A stretch of 64,000 nucleotides of DNA from Octopus vulgaris (GCA_951406725.2 OX597815.1:70556001-70620000); one strand, 5' to 3'; shown: positions 1 through 12,711, counted from the first letter of the stretch. Numbers and translations are program-made. Notes: generated by a model from the sequence alone, not told the origin.

Positions 1-394
1 GGCTGTTCGAGTACCGGAGTTGATCTAATCGACGGTCTCTTCGTCTTCATGTGCCGTGCTACAGGCATCGACGAAACTGTTCTAGCCAAATGGATAAAAT
101 GTTCGCTTGGTAATCACGCGTTTCCTGGTTCGATCTTACCACGCGGCATCTTGGGTAAGTGTCTTTACTGAAGCCGCAGATCAACCCAAGTTTTATGTCT
201 AGGATCTTTTACCTTTTACTTGTTTCATCCTTTGGACTGCGGTCATGCTGGAGCATCGCCTTGGAGGATTTAGTGAAACAAATGGAGCGTCTTAACAACA
301 ATATCTTTCGACAATTTGTTTCCTCTCCTTTCTTTTCTTGCCATTTATTATTTTCTTTAGATGCATTCAGTGACTATTTATTATTTAATACCAA

Positions 395-625
395 TGGCAG
401 CAAACTGGTAAAATCGTTAGCACGCTAGATAAAATGCTTAAGCAGCATTTCGTCTGTCTTTACGTTCTGAGTTCGAATTCTGTCGAGGTCGACTTTGCTT
501 TTCATCCTGTCGGGATCGAAGAAATAGGTACCAGCTGAGCACTGGAGTCGGTGTAATTGACTAGCCACCTCTCCACCCCAAATTCCAGGCTTTGTGCCTA
601 TAATAGAAAGGATTATTATTATTAT
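395..625 (+). mobile_element. tRNA-derived SINE, family with central GCCTTTCATCCTTTCGGGGTCGATAAA domain (MetaSINE-like)
   Basis: B-box-like GTTCTGAGTTCGAATTC, central domain GAGGTCGACTTTGCTTTTCATCCTGTCGGGATCG and an (ATT)n tail. The same family recurs at 14372-14603, 15336-15470, 21350-21430, 22440-22523 and 45455-45590. Confidence 0.8.
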
Positions 626-959
626 GCGTACACACACACACGCACTTGTGTGTGTATGTGGGTGGAAGAAGAAGAAGAAGAAGAATGAATGAATGAATGA
701 ATGAATTTAGCATTACTTTGATTAAGTGTTAAATTCATTCTTCATTCTCTTTATCGTATATGTTACCCTTCGAAATACCCACTCGCCGGTTTTACAAGCA
801 GGGTACCTGGAGTTCTTGACACCAGCGGATTTGCAATTTTTCTCAAATTTCAAAGTTCCGGAATGAGAATGTAGACATCCAGAAGTTGCATTAGGGATAC
901 TCCGAATTTCTACTTTCGGACATTAACAATTCTGCTATTCCACTGACCATAGAAGGCCT

Positions 960-1187
960 TGTAGGGCACTGCCCAAGGATTTATGACGGACGAACTGTAG
1001 ACAAGAACTTCGCTGTGGGCTATCTAAGGAGCTGTCTGCAGCGAAGTTGACTTCCGGTTAAGCGGACTTCTACGAAACAGGAGTTGACTGGCGGCTGTTG
1101 CCCTCATGTGTTTAATTAAATAGATCTTTCACTGACACATTCTGGGTCTCCGGTAATTATTTTGTGCATAGCTTAACTAAAACTATA
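960..1187 (+). repeat. 5' LTR of gypsy element
   Basis: Starts TGTAGGGCACTGCCCAAGGATTTATGACGGACGAACTGTAG and aligns along its length to 7497-7714 with many substitutions. Confidence 0.93.
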
Positions 1188-1371
1188 ACTGGTGATCCCA
1201 CAGAAGAACAACAGCTTTTGCTTCGCACATCGAAGTAAACAAGAAATCAAGGAAACATGGCAAGCGACTACACAACAGCACTGAAGCTACCACAATTCTG
1301 GCCGAAGGGGGTTAAGCTATGATTCGTGCAGGCGGAGGCACAATTCAACATACGCAAAATAACTTCAAACC

Positions 1372-3895
1372 TGTAACGACAGTGTAAATCTTCTCGGGAT
1401 CTTTTGGGGGTGCGAGAAGCAATCACTTTCCGTTGCTTTAATAATCCAGATTCTCTACCAGTCAGAAACAACAAGACGCAAACGTAAATAATATATATCT
1501 ACTTTATTCTCTTATGTGGTAACAGATAATTGGTGTATCTGGCATCCCTTTGGTATAGATATGTCTCAGCTGAACCTTATCGCTGTAAAATAAGAAAGTG
1601 TTCAAATGCAAAACGACACTTGTCAAAGATGGCGTCCGGAGAAAGGAAGATGATGTAGTCTGCAACAATTTGGTTAAAAGCTTTCGGTAAAAGCTGCTGC
1701 TAGAATCAAATTCGGACAGAGAGAATATACGTGTTGTACCTTCGATAGCCATGTCTCAAGTCGCTGCTGACTGCTGCTAGTGGTCAAACGTTCTACGATC
1801 CCCTTGCCTCGGCTAACTGCCACGTAGGCAAAAGGGTTCTTCTTCCGGTGCTTCGCGCATGCGCCGCTGTATAGCGTCACTACAGAGCTCCACCCCAGTG
1901 CGAAGCACGACACAAAATTCCTTGTAGTGACTATAAAACTCAAGGTGGATACCAGATAACCAAATAGCACACAATATAATAAAAATGGCAAAATTTACAA
2001 CATACACAAGAAATTTACCAAAAGGAAAAAAAATACTCAAAATGAGCAAAAATCAAAAGTGCATGCGTGAAGGTGGATACGTCACAAAGTATAGAGCCTT
2101 CCGCTGAAGGAAAGCAAACTCACAGTTAATGAACCTAGGCGAAATTAAATCCAACTTCTCTAAAGGTGGTTGATCCTGCGAAATAGCAGTTAAATCAATT
2201 GCTGCAGGAGAGGAAATGGAATCGACAGATAGATCGCTAGTAACACAAAAGGCGACAGTGCAAGCATGCTGGTGGGATGCGCGACACAGATAAGTCTCTC
2301 TGTTAATTACGTGACCAACAGGGGTCTAGCAGGGAAAAAAATTACGCCTATACATAGGCGCAGCGCATGTGAACATCCGACATTCTATGAGTCGGGAAAA
2401 GAATTAAGCTAACGCAAACGTGTTGCAAAAACAAGGCAATACACGTGCGAAGCAAAGGCGCATGAAATGCAATAGGGCTTGCCAGACCGAAAAACAGCAA
2501 TGAATATGCCAGTGGTTGAGCGATTATATGCCTCGTTCGTACAGGAACAAAGGTATGACATGCTGGCGCGTTATAATGGACAAACAACCCTCTCTATGTA
2601 TACGTGACCCCTAGGGTCTATAGAAATGAGGTGTGTCCACAAAAGGCAAATTTAGCATGGAAAAAACAAGCGAGAAAAGCATGTGTGACGTATGTATGTG
2701 AGAGAGATAGCATTTATGTGTGTGTACGTGTGTGCGACAAAAATACAACAAGGTGAATGCGAGCAAAAATAAAAATACAGCGCATAGAAAAAATGTCTCT
2801 CAGGGCTATCTCAGACAATGGGGTTAATTTACCAGTCTGTAATAGCCTGATGCACAATAGCAGTTCGTTCTGTAACAGAATGTTGAGATCACAAATGCAG
2901 ATGCCGGTTGAACACAATGTGTAGCGGTTGTAGCTTCGATGCTGTGACAGGTTAAATCGTTACAGAAGAATCTTGCAGATAGACTGGTGCTATTAATCCT
3001 TGGCGCGCTATGCACGAACAGCGTGAAAGCTAAAGTTCCGCGAGTTGCTATGTACATCTCGGTCGACGGTGTTGAAAGGCGACGGTGGTGGTGGAAGGCG
3101 ACTGTAGTGGACTTGAGACAACATCGTTCTTAGTGTTGATGGCGACGAAGATAACGACGACGTGAAGTTCTAAGACGACGATGACGACGGTAGAGAAAAG
3201 GCATCGATGATATGATGGCGTCCGTCATCATTGTTGAAGAATAAGAAAAGGGCTCCTTCTATAACGGTCCGAGAGGACGGAAACAAATCGTCGAAAGATG
3301 AATGCGTAGAGTTAATCGTGTTCCGACTTCGCAGAAAAACTGGATTTCTTTGTTGTTAAGTGATCTCTGGTTTTAGACCAGAATCACGTCGGGGGTCACC
3401 ACTGTAACGACTTGTGTGAATATCTTCTCTGGACCTTTTGGGGGGGCGAGAAGCAATCACTTTCTCTACCAGTCAGAAACAACAAGACGCAAACGTAAAT
3501 AATATATATCTACTTTATTCTCTTATGTGGTAACATATAATTGGTGTATCTGGCATCCCTTTGGTATAGATATGTCTCAGCTGAACCTTATCGCTGTAAA
3601 ATAAGAAAGTGTTCAAATGCAAAACGACACTTGTCAAAGATGGCGTCCGGAGAAAGGAAGATGATGTAGTCTGCAACAATTTGGTTAAAAGCTTTCGGTA
3701 AAAGCTGCTGCTAGAATCAAATTCGGACAGAGAGAATATACGTGTTGTACCTTCGATAGCCATGTCTCAAGTCGCTGCTGACTGCTGCTAGTGGTCAAAC
3801 GTTCTACGATCCCCTTGCCTCGGCTAACTGCCACGTAGGCAAAAGGGTTCTTCTTCCGGTGCTTCGCGCATGCGCCGCTGTATAGCGTCGCTACA
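1372..3895 (-). mobile_element. Non-autonomous (non-coding) LTR retroelement nested in gag
   Basis: Near-identical ~500-bp LTRs at 1372-1884 and 3403-3895 with TGTAACGAC...GTC(A/G)CTACA ends. Minus-strand PBS TGGTGACCCCCGACGTGAT at 3383-3401, PPT CTGGGGTGGAG next to 1885, 4-bp flanks AACC/GACC. No gag/pol similarity seen in the 1.5-kb interior. Confidence 0.93.
3383..3401 (-). promoter_or_regulatory. Primer binding site complementary to tRNA-Trp 3' end
   Basis: Reads TGGTGACCCCCGACGTGAT, the canonical tRNA-Trp PBS (TGGTGACCCCGACGTGAT) plus one extra C, 1 nt inside the LTR. Confidence 0.9.
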
Positions 3896-4442
3896 GACCT
3901 AACGAAATATTCTTACGTAGTATCGGCACTAGATGGGGACACGGCAACGAGGGTGCTGGACATTTTAACCCAACCCCCAGTAACGCACAAATACACCACG
4001 TTAAAAACAGGCTGCTGAATACATTACGGCGGAGCTACCGGGAAGCGGTAGCCAAGATATTAGAGGAAGAATCAGATGATTCCAAGCCTTCGGAGTTGAT
4101 GGACAAGATGTTGGTATTAGTTCCCTCGGTGAGTTACCTTCCTTTTTGTTTAGGGAAATATTCATCCACAAATTACCACCCCAGGTCCAGGCCCTCATTA
4201 CTCAGACCGAGATAGGATATGCGGCAGTTAGCGAAAGTAGCCGACAAACATTTTTTTATCTAGTGGTGTTACTGTCAACGCCATAGGGTCGGCCCCCAAG
4301 ACATGGTAGAGTTAAGCAAGACGACCTGTGCTACTACCACACAAAGTTTGGGAAAAGGCTACAAAGTGCAAACAACCATGCAGCTTCAGGATCCCTTGGT
4401 CATCCCCAGGAAACCCCAGGGCCGGCCTTCATTGAATACCTA

Positions 4443-7400
4443 GTGGCCGGCAAACACGATCAACTACTCCTCTATGTCCACGATTGGAGATCCGGACGTA
4501 GGTTCCTAATTGAAACAGGAGTAGAAGTTAGCGTGATCCCAGCGCCGGCAAGAGACCTCCGTTACGGAGAGTGGGGCCAACCTTTAACGGTCGCTAACGG
4601 CTCCAAACTCGAGGCGTACGTTCGCCGCATCCTTTCTTTCAACATCGGCTCACAGAAATACACATGGGCATTCACCATTGCCGATATCCATCAGCCCATT
4701 ATGGGGGAAAACTTTCTTTGAGCACACTTGCTACAGCAATACATACGCTTTTATGTCTCTAGAAACATCTGCACATACCACCTACCGCATAGCAACCATC
4801 TGTCAGATGGAGAACGAATTCTCGAATTTCCTTGCGAGTCGCCCCAATCTCATTATCCCCGACATTCTCCAAACCTATAGTCTGCCACGGAGTGATACAC
4901 TACATCCCCACCACCGAGCCTCTAGTGAACAGCCGCGCACATTGTCTATCATCAGACAAACCTGCTATCGCAAAGGCCGAGTTTGATGATATGGAGGTGT
5001 TGGATATTGCTCGCCGATCAAGAGGTCTCTGTTCGTCACCCCTGGCATGTGGCATCGAAAGCCAGCGGAGGTTTTCAACCTTGCGGAGATAACTGCTGGC
5101 TCAACGCAGACACAACACCCTACCGCTACCCCATTTCAGACATACAGGATTTCTCAGCCCAGCTATCCGTGTGCTCGGTTTTCTCGAGGATCAACCTCAT
5201 CCTAGGTTACCACCAAATGCCAGTACAAGACGACAATGTACCTAAGACCGCTGTGATCACTCTTTCGGGCTGTATGAATTCCTATGTACATCCTTTGGCC
5301 TGAAAAACGCAGTACAATCCTCCCAACGCTTGATGGACACTATGTGCAGGGGTCTTGATTTAGTCTATGCATATCCTTATCACTAACCAAAATGCGAAGC
5401 TAAACAAGAAGCACCTAGTGACTCTTTTTGAAATACTGGAACAGTATCGTCTAGTAATCAACCCCGACATGTGCGTTTTTAGTGTTACAGAAATCGATTT
5501 CCTGGGATCATCGAATGACAGGTGCTGGTGCTACACCCATGCCAGAAAAAGTGAAAGCTATCTTATCCTTACCACTACACTAGGCTCTACACTAATTTCT
5601 GGGCATGGCAAACTTTTACCATCGCTTCATCCCTTCTGCAGCAAGAATAATGTGACGCCTATATAAGGCACTGTCAAAAGATGGTTCAAAAAGACAGGTG
5701 GAGTGAGATGGTGCAATGACCTCAACCTTCAAATCCATAAAACAAGTACTGGCTAAAGCAACCATACTGCCCCGTCCTCATATGTCAGCTTGGACTGCAC
5801 TCAAAGTCGATGCCTCCGACACAGCCATTGGGGACGTTTTGGAACAACGCATCAATGGTAAGTGGCGACCACTTGCCTTTTTCAGTCGACAACTACGACC
5901 TCCTGAACAGAAATACAGTGCTTTTGACAGGGAACTGCTGGCTATCAATCTAGGTGTCTACCACTTTCGCTATTTCCTTGAAGGCCGCACGTTTACAGTG
6001 TTCACAGACCACAAACCACTCACCTTTGCTATGAGCAAGCTCTCAGAGCCTTGGTCTGCACGTCAGCAACGACAGTTGTCGGCCATTTCTGAGTACACCA
6101 CGGATATCCAACACATAGCTGGAAAAGGCAAACCGGTCGCTGATGCACTCTCTCATGTCCCTACCTGCTCTTACACCTACCTAGCCCCAATAACGGAACG
6201 TCTGGATTGCAAGGCTATGGCTGCAGCCCAAAAGACAGATGACGAGATCAGGGCCTATCGCACTACCATCACATCACTTTCCTGCAGGATGTGAATTTTG
6301 GCTCCAATAGCACAACCCTGCTGTATGATGTATCCACTGAAAGCAACGACCGATCGTCCAATTAACCTAGCGCAGGAAGGTTTCCGACTGTCCCACCCGG
6401 GTACTTGAGCCATACGGCGCCTGCTGTCAAGTAAATTAATCTGGCACAGTATAGCCAAGCAAATTGAGGAGTGGACCAAAACCTGCATCCCCTATCAACA
6501 AGCCAAGGTCCATCAGCACACCATAGCACCCGTCGGCAACTATGAACCACTACAGGCCCGTTTCAGTCACATTAACATTGATCTTTTCGGGTTCCTACCA
6601 CCTTTACAGGGCTGCTCGTACCTATTGACCGCTACTCTCGTTGGCCTGAGGCGATCCCTCTTCGCAGCACGAAAACAGAAGAAGTCCGCTGAGCCTTCAT
6701 CATAAACTGAGTTGCCCGTTTCGGTGTCCCAAACAGTATCTCATCCGATCGGGGCCCAAATTCACCTCAAAGCTGTGGAATGACATGTGTTACCTTTTTG
6801 GAATCACAATGAAGCGCACAGCAACCTACCATCCACAGACCAAGGGGTTAGTGGAGAGATTTCACCGCTGCCTGAAGGAATTCTCGACAACTTGACATAA
6901 CGGGCCCAATTGGATTGATCAACTTCGATGGGTGATGCTGGGAATCTGCACCAGCCCAAAAGAAAATTTCAACACTTCTTCCGCAGAAATGGTGTATGGT
7001 GCCCCTCTTACAGTGCCAGGAGAGTTCTTTCCGAACAGAAATTCAGTCCCAGATGTCAAAAATTATTTCGCGCACTGAGAGATAGTGTAGGCCAGTTGCA
7101 GCCTATTCTCATGTCAGCACACAGTACACCTAAATCATCCATACCAAATGACCTCCGCACGGCTAAGTTCGTGTTCGTTCGACGTGACAAACGACGAAAA
7201 CCCTCCAGTCACCCTACGATGGCCCATATGAAGTTATATGTCCGGGAGTCAAATCTCCTAACAGGCGAACGACAAAACACAGTTTCCATCGATAGGGTGA
7301 AACCGGCCTATCTCGATATTGACAGCACCGTCCAAGTGCCTCAACCACAAAATAGAGGCCACCTCAGGCAAATCACACCAACTCTTGGCAAGGAACAGTC

Positions 7401-7464
7401 ACCAAAGAGCCGAGCAACCACACGCACGGGCAAGGTGGTTAAAACGTCTTCCCGATTCCAATGA
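4443..7464 (+). pseudogene. pol: pol (protease, RT, RNase H, integrase) of gypsy element, frameshifted
   Basis: Protease FLIETGVEVSVIP. RT YRYPISDIQDF...LGYHQMPV...KTAVIT. RNase H VDASDTAIG...YSAFDRELLAI...FTDHKPL...ADALS. Integrase remnants WPEAIPL, SDRG, YHPQTKGLVERFHR and C-terminal VSIDRVKPAY. Confidence 0.95.
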
Positions 7465-7496
7465 CAGTCAACATTTCTGGGGTGGAGGGAGCTATA

Positions 7497-7714
7497 TGCA
7501 GGGCACTGCCCAAGGATTTATGACGGACGAACTGTAGTCAGGAACTTCACTGCGGGTTAGCTAGGGAGCTGATCTGCAATGAAGTTGATTTCCAGTTAAT
7601 CGAACTTCTACGATTTGGTGGTTGTCGTCCTCATGTGTTTAATTAAATAAATCTTTCATTAACACATTCTGGGGCTCCGTTAATATTTTTGTGTCTAGGT
7701 TAACTCAAGCTATA
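7497..7714 (+). repeat. 3' LTR of gypsy element
   Basis: Starts TGCAGGGCACTGCCCAAGG directly after the polypurine tract; homologous to 960-1187. Confidence 0.93.
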
Positions 7715-8036
7715 GCCCAACCATTGACACAATGCCACACATTTTGTAATATATCTTATCGACCCATGAAAAGATTAAAAGTAAAGTTCATCTCGGTGGG
7801 ATTTGAACTCAGAACAATAATCACAAAGATATCGTATTTGCATTTGTGTCTGTTCTTAGATCTATCCTTTGTTTACCAGATTTCTTTATTTGTCAATATT
7901 GTCTGCCAGTCTGATTCGCTTTGTTACTTTGTCTTTCAATTGGTGTGTCTGCTCGTTCATTAACGTTGGTTTTGTTCATTTTATTTTATTTTATTTTTTA
8001 TCACAGCTTCCCGAAACAGCGAAGAGGTGCATAGGC

Positions 8037-8107
<71 letters not shown>

Positions 8108-8110
8108 TAC

Positions 8111-8146
<36 letters not shown>
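8037..8146. repeat. (GATA)n and (GA)n microsatellites
   Basis: Direct inspection. Confidence 0.98.
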
Positions 8147-8149
<3 letters not shown>

Positions 8150-8468
8150 GAGAGAGTGGTGAGAGTGAGCGAGGTGCTACATTAAAGTTGTCACGTCATG
8201 CTCCAAGCAAATTCACACATCCACCATCTTTCAGCCAACCATATTCATTATCATCCGTTGTCTTCAACTCCATAAGATGTGTATGTGTGCATGTGCGTGT
8301 TGTGTATGTGTCTGTGTGCGAGTGTGTCTGCCTGTACGCATACATACACACACATATAAATTCGGACGCAGACACACGTATGTATTGTATAAATGTTTTG
8401 GTATACACACATGCATATGCTTGTAAACACACATATATACACATATATGTGCATGTTTATGCATGTAT

Positions 8469-8768
<300 letters not shown>

Positions 8769-9272
8769 ATAATGTACATACATACATATGTGTGTGTGTG
8801 TGCATGTAATAAATGTTGTAAAGCGACACACGAATCTAACAAGGCGCATCGTCTAATCTTACACCTCTATTGACTCGGAGTGGTTTACAACTAATTAACC
8901 TTTAACCGCGTTGCTCATTATTACAACGACACATTCAACGACAATAATTTCCATGATGAAACAAATCTAATATGAAACAACGCTAATACGCAAAAGTACG
9001 AAAATAGTGAACGAAATGTTATATTGTGTATATATTTTCTCATATATATTAAATGTTCGCTCAAATGTTACCAGGGTCTGTCAAGATTTAAGAAAGAAGC
9101 AGACATGTTTGTGTGGTTAAGAAGCTGGTTTCGCAACCATATAGTTTTGGTTTTAGTCTGACCGCATGGCAATGTGGACAAGTGTCTTTTAATATAGCCC
9201 TCAACCGACGAATGTTTTACAAACGAATTTGGTAGACAGAAACTGTGTGGTTGCCTGTCACTCACTCACTCA

Positions 9273-9331
<59 letters not shown>

Positions 9332-9462
9332 CGTTTTTTGTATCTATATGGCAAGATTCCTTATGTAAATTCGTGTTGAAGCAAATTCTGTTGTGTCTGG
9401 GGAGAGTCATACTGTCTTAATGTCTTATTATCTCACACACTCACCGGTTCGATTTCCACCCA

Positions 9463-9805
9463 TTTATTATTACCTCCGCCTTCGCTAAGGCGGAGGTATT
9501 ATTATTATTTTTTTTCAGTCGTGTTTGGATGTCCGTGGAAAAGACAGCAAGAAGCGCAGGATGAATTCGGATGAAACTTTCAGGGATGTTTGGCCTTGTG
9601 ACTGGAACGAAGTGATTAGATTTTGGGATCGATCCGGTACTGGACAAGGATTCTGGATTATTTTTCCTGTTTTGCTTTTACTTAAGTTTTGAGAGCGGTT
9701 GGGTTCATTTTTAGTATACAGATATTCTCATTTAAAAAATCATCTCTGGCTAATCATTGAGAGGACGTTGGTGTTGTCTTGGCGCTCTCTGAGTGCTCTT
9801 GTTTA
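9463..9805 (+). mobile_element. Non-autonomous Helentron-associated element (HINE/DINE-1-like)
   Basis: 5' TTATTACCTCCGCCTT-cgct-AAGGCGGAGGTA perfect hairpin, internal GGATGAAACTTTCAGG and GATTAGATTTTGG motifs, and a 3' hairpin GCGCTCTCTGAGTGC followed by TTGTTT. Confidence 0.75.
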
Positions 9806-10053
9806 TATTTGTTTTCTTCTGAAATTTTTGTTGCTTTTGCAAATTTCTCAATGCATGCTGATTCTGTCCGTTATCAGCCCCGCATTCCTTTTGTCTGTGC
9901 GCATATCTATGCGCCAGTGTGTTGTGTATGTATGTATGTATGTATGTATGTATGTATGTATGTATGTATGTATGTATGTATGTATGTATGTATGTATGTA
10001 TGTATGTACATACATGTATGCATGTATGTATGTATGTATGCATACATACATAC

Positions 10054-10275
10054 CGTAAGGTGGGCTGCGATTGGTCGAGGAAGGTCACATCAAGTGGACT
10101 ATTGTGGACAGAGCGCCACCATATTCACCCGGCGCCCCCAATTACCAGCTTTGTCTCCGCGAAAAACTGCATATCCTCCAACAACCCGCAGTATCCATTA
10201 ACAAGAAATACGGTTTATCGTATTGCTGTCCTAGAGATATGCCCTTCTGGCAAATTTCAGGCCTCTGACTGCTGA
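10054..10275 (+). mobile_element. Penelope-like element fragment (C-terminus of GIY-YIG endonuclease)
   Basis: IKWTIVDRAPPYSPGAPNYQLCLREKLHIL...INKK aligns with IQWKILARCKPYTNGSGRCGLCDMERWLI...LNTR of the PLE at 31.2 kb. Confidence 0.75.
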
Positions 10276-10370
10276 CAACTCGGATATACCACCTTAGTAC
10301 AAGCTGCTACTCTGCACCGCCTGCACCAAGGTCACCGCTACCAACGAATCCCATGAGCAAGACCGCCATT

Positions 10371-10455
10371 TACCAATACCCAACGTTCACCAACACCCAA
10401 CGCATACCAATCCCCAACGCTTATCAATTCCCAACGCTTACCAATCCCCAACGCT
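10371..10455 (+). repeat. 17-bp minisatellite x5 (TACCAATCCCCAACGCT)
   Basis: Five head-to-tail copies with 0-4 mismatches and no spacers. Confidence 0.9.
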
Positions 10456-10756
10456 TGTTTTTCGCGTGTATACTCGCGCGTACGATTGCACATATGCACG
10501 CGCATGCGAGTGTGTATGCGTGAATCTGTGTACATGTGTGCGTATGCGTGTGTATGTGTATACGTGTGCGCGTACGCGTGTTCGTCCAAGTGTGTGTGTG
10601 CAGACGTGCACGTGTGTACCTATGTACAGATGTGCAGACTCGCATCAATATACACATGCATGCAGATCTATATGAGCACGTCTACGCACTCACATATGAA
10701 TGCATGTACGATGCATATACGTACGTATGTGTGATGAATGTATGTATGTGTACGTA

Positions 10757-11127
10757 TTCTTTTATTCTTTTACTTGTTTCAATCATTTTGACTGCGGCTA
10801 TGCTGGAACACCACCTTTAGTCGAACTAATCGACCTCAGAACTTATTCTTTGTAAAGCCTAGTCCTTATTCTATCGGTATATTTTGCCGAACCGCTAAGT
10901 TACGGGGACGTAAACACACCAACATCGGTTGTCAAGCGATGGTGTGGAAACAAACACACACACATATACACGATGGGCTTCTTTCCGTCTACTAAATTCA
11001 CTCACAAGGTTTTGGTCGGCCCGAGGCTACAGTAGAAGACACTTGCTCAAGGTGCCATGCAGTGGGACTGAACCCGGAACCATGTGGTTGGGAGGTAAGC
11101 TTCTTACCACACAGGCATTTCTGCGCC
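10757..11127 (-). mobile_element. tRNA-derived SINE, CORE-like family with internal (TA)/(TG) microsatellite
   Basis: Reverse complement of 22706-23150; CORE-like CACCTTGAGCAAGTG and a CAAGTAAAAGA tail. Confidence 0.88.
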
Positions 11128-11143
11128 TATAAGATGTAGTGAA

Positions 11144-11478
11144 GGCGCATGGTTCAGTGGTTAGAGCGTCGGGCTCTCAATCATGAAGTAGTGAGTTCGA
11201 TTCCCAGACCGAGCTATGCGTTGTATTCTTGAGCAAGACACTTTATTTCACATTGATGCAGTTTACTCAGCTATAGAAATGAGTTGCGACGTCACTGGTA
11301 CCAAGCTGTATCAGCCTTTGCCTTTCCCTTGGATAACATCGGTGGCGTGGAGTGGGGAGGCTGGTATGCATGGGCGACTGCATACCATAAAACAACCTTG
11401 CCCGACTTGTGCCTCGGAGGGGAACTTTCTAGGTGTAATGCCACGGTCATTCATGACGGAAGTGGGGTTTTACCTTTT
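11144..11478 (+). mobile_element. tRNA-derived SINE (second family)
   Basis: A box TGGTTCAGTGG, B box GAGTTCGATTCC, then TCTTGAGCAAGACACTTTATTTCAC; ends in TTACCTTTT. Confidence 0.8.
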
Positions 11479-11499
11479 TATAAACAAGATGTTTAAAAT

Positions 11500-12711
11500 A
11501 TACACCATAACTCTGTACAAGAACAAGGGTGAAAAGTCTGACTGCTCCAACTACCGGTGAATCACCCTACTCTCCATCGTTGGCAAAGTACTTGCCAGGA
11601 TCCTGCTCAACAGGCTCGTACCAACCATCGCTGAAGAAAACCTCCCCGAGAGCCAGTGTGGCTTCAGAGTCAACAGAGGCACGACGGATATGGTGTTCGT
11701 CCTCCGCCAACTTCAGGAGAAGTGCCGAGAACAAAACAGGGGACTCTATGCTAATTTTGTCGACCTTACAAAAGCATTTGACACAGTGAGTAGGACAGGA
11801 CTATGGCACCGACTCTCTTCAGCATCTTCTTCAGCATGATGATCAAGCATGCAACTGAAGATATGGAGGAATACCACCCACCCCACATCACTATCTGCGA
11901 TACCGAACTGAAATCAACACAGCAGTTCACATACCTGGGCTGCATCATCTCATCCGATACAAGGATCGACAAAGAAATTGAAATTAGACTCTCTAAGGCA
12001 AAAAAGGTCCTTTTGCAGATTGTACAAACGTGCTTGGCACAATAATGACCTGAAGAACAAAACAAAGATCAGTGTCTACAGGGCCGTGGTTCTCAACACT
12101 CAGCAACCTGGATCACCTACCGCAGTTACAACCGTCTCCTCGAGCGCGTCCACCAGCGATGTCTCCGCACCATCCTCAACATGCACGGGTGTGACTTTGT
12201 CACAAACATTGAAGTTTTGGAACGGGCCGAGATCCCCAGCATTGAAGCCATGTTACTGAGGTCCCACCTCCGATGGGCAGGGCATGTCTCCAGAATGGGG
12301 AACCATCGCCTTCCTAAGATTGCTCTGTTTGACGAGCTCTCCACCGGCCACCGAGTGAGAGGAGCCCCGAGGAAGCGCTACAAAGACTGCCTCAAGAAGT
12401 CTTTCACAGCATGTCATATTGACCACCATTGCTGGTCAGACCTGGCTGCGGACCGTGATGTCTGGCGCCACACGATCTTCAAATTGGTCAATGAGTTTGA
12501 GGAACAAAGAAGAGACGCGTTTAAAGACAAGAGGCGCAGGAGGAAGGCGCGAGCCGCCTCTGACACTACACCAGATGTCACCTTCGTCTGTGGACACTGC
12601 TCACGGACCTGCCTTTCCCATATCGGACTTGTCAGACATGAGCGTGCATGCACACGACGTGGACAGCCTTCTTGATCTTCGTTCGCGAAGCCGAGTCATG
12701 ATGATGATGAT
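11500..12711 (+). mobile_element. RTE-clade LINE, 5'-truncated with internal deletions
   Basis: KNKGEKSDCSNYR, LPESQCGFR, FVDLTKAFD, FTYLGCII, LRWAGHVSRM...RGAPRKRYKD, terminal zinc finger CGHCSRTCLSHIGLVRHER and an (ATG)n tail. Confidence 0.93.

Larger units (their letters stand above)
1257..4435 (+). pseudogene. gag: gag of gypsy element, split by the nested LTR element
   Basis: MASDYTTALKLPQFWPKGVKL*FVQAEAQFNIRKITS before the insertion continues as DLTKYSYVVSALDGDTATRVLDIL at 3896. Later comes the CYYHTKFGK..KCKQPC knuckle. Stops and frameshifts are present. Confidence 0.88.
960..7714 (+). mobile_element. Decayed Ty3/gypsy LTR retrotransposon, CsRN1/Kabuki/Boudicca-like clade
   Basis: Paired LTRs at 960-1187 and 7497-7714. 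PBS-like TGGTGATCCCA at 1190, PPT GGGGTGGAGGGAG at ~7479, 4-bp flanks GCCT/GCCC. Domain order gag-PR-RT-RH-IN, with a gag CHCC motif (Cx2Hx9Cx3C) at ~4329-4381. Confidence 0.95.

Noticed and set aside
2167-2179. TGGTTGATCCTGC resembling the 18S rRNA 5' end
   Set aside because: Only 13 nt; flanks do not continue as rRNA and instead resemble a dispersed repeat motif.
10371-10455. Regular short repeats (CRISPR-like?)
   Set aside because: Head-to-tail without spacers, in a eukaryotic context; a minisatellite.
11144-11215. tRNA genes at SINE heads (also 22706, 23966, 61342)
   Set aside because: A and B boxes are present, but there is no complete cloverleaf and each continues into a SINE body.
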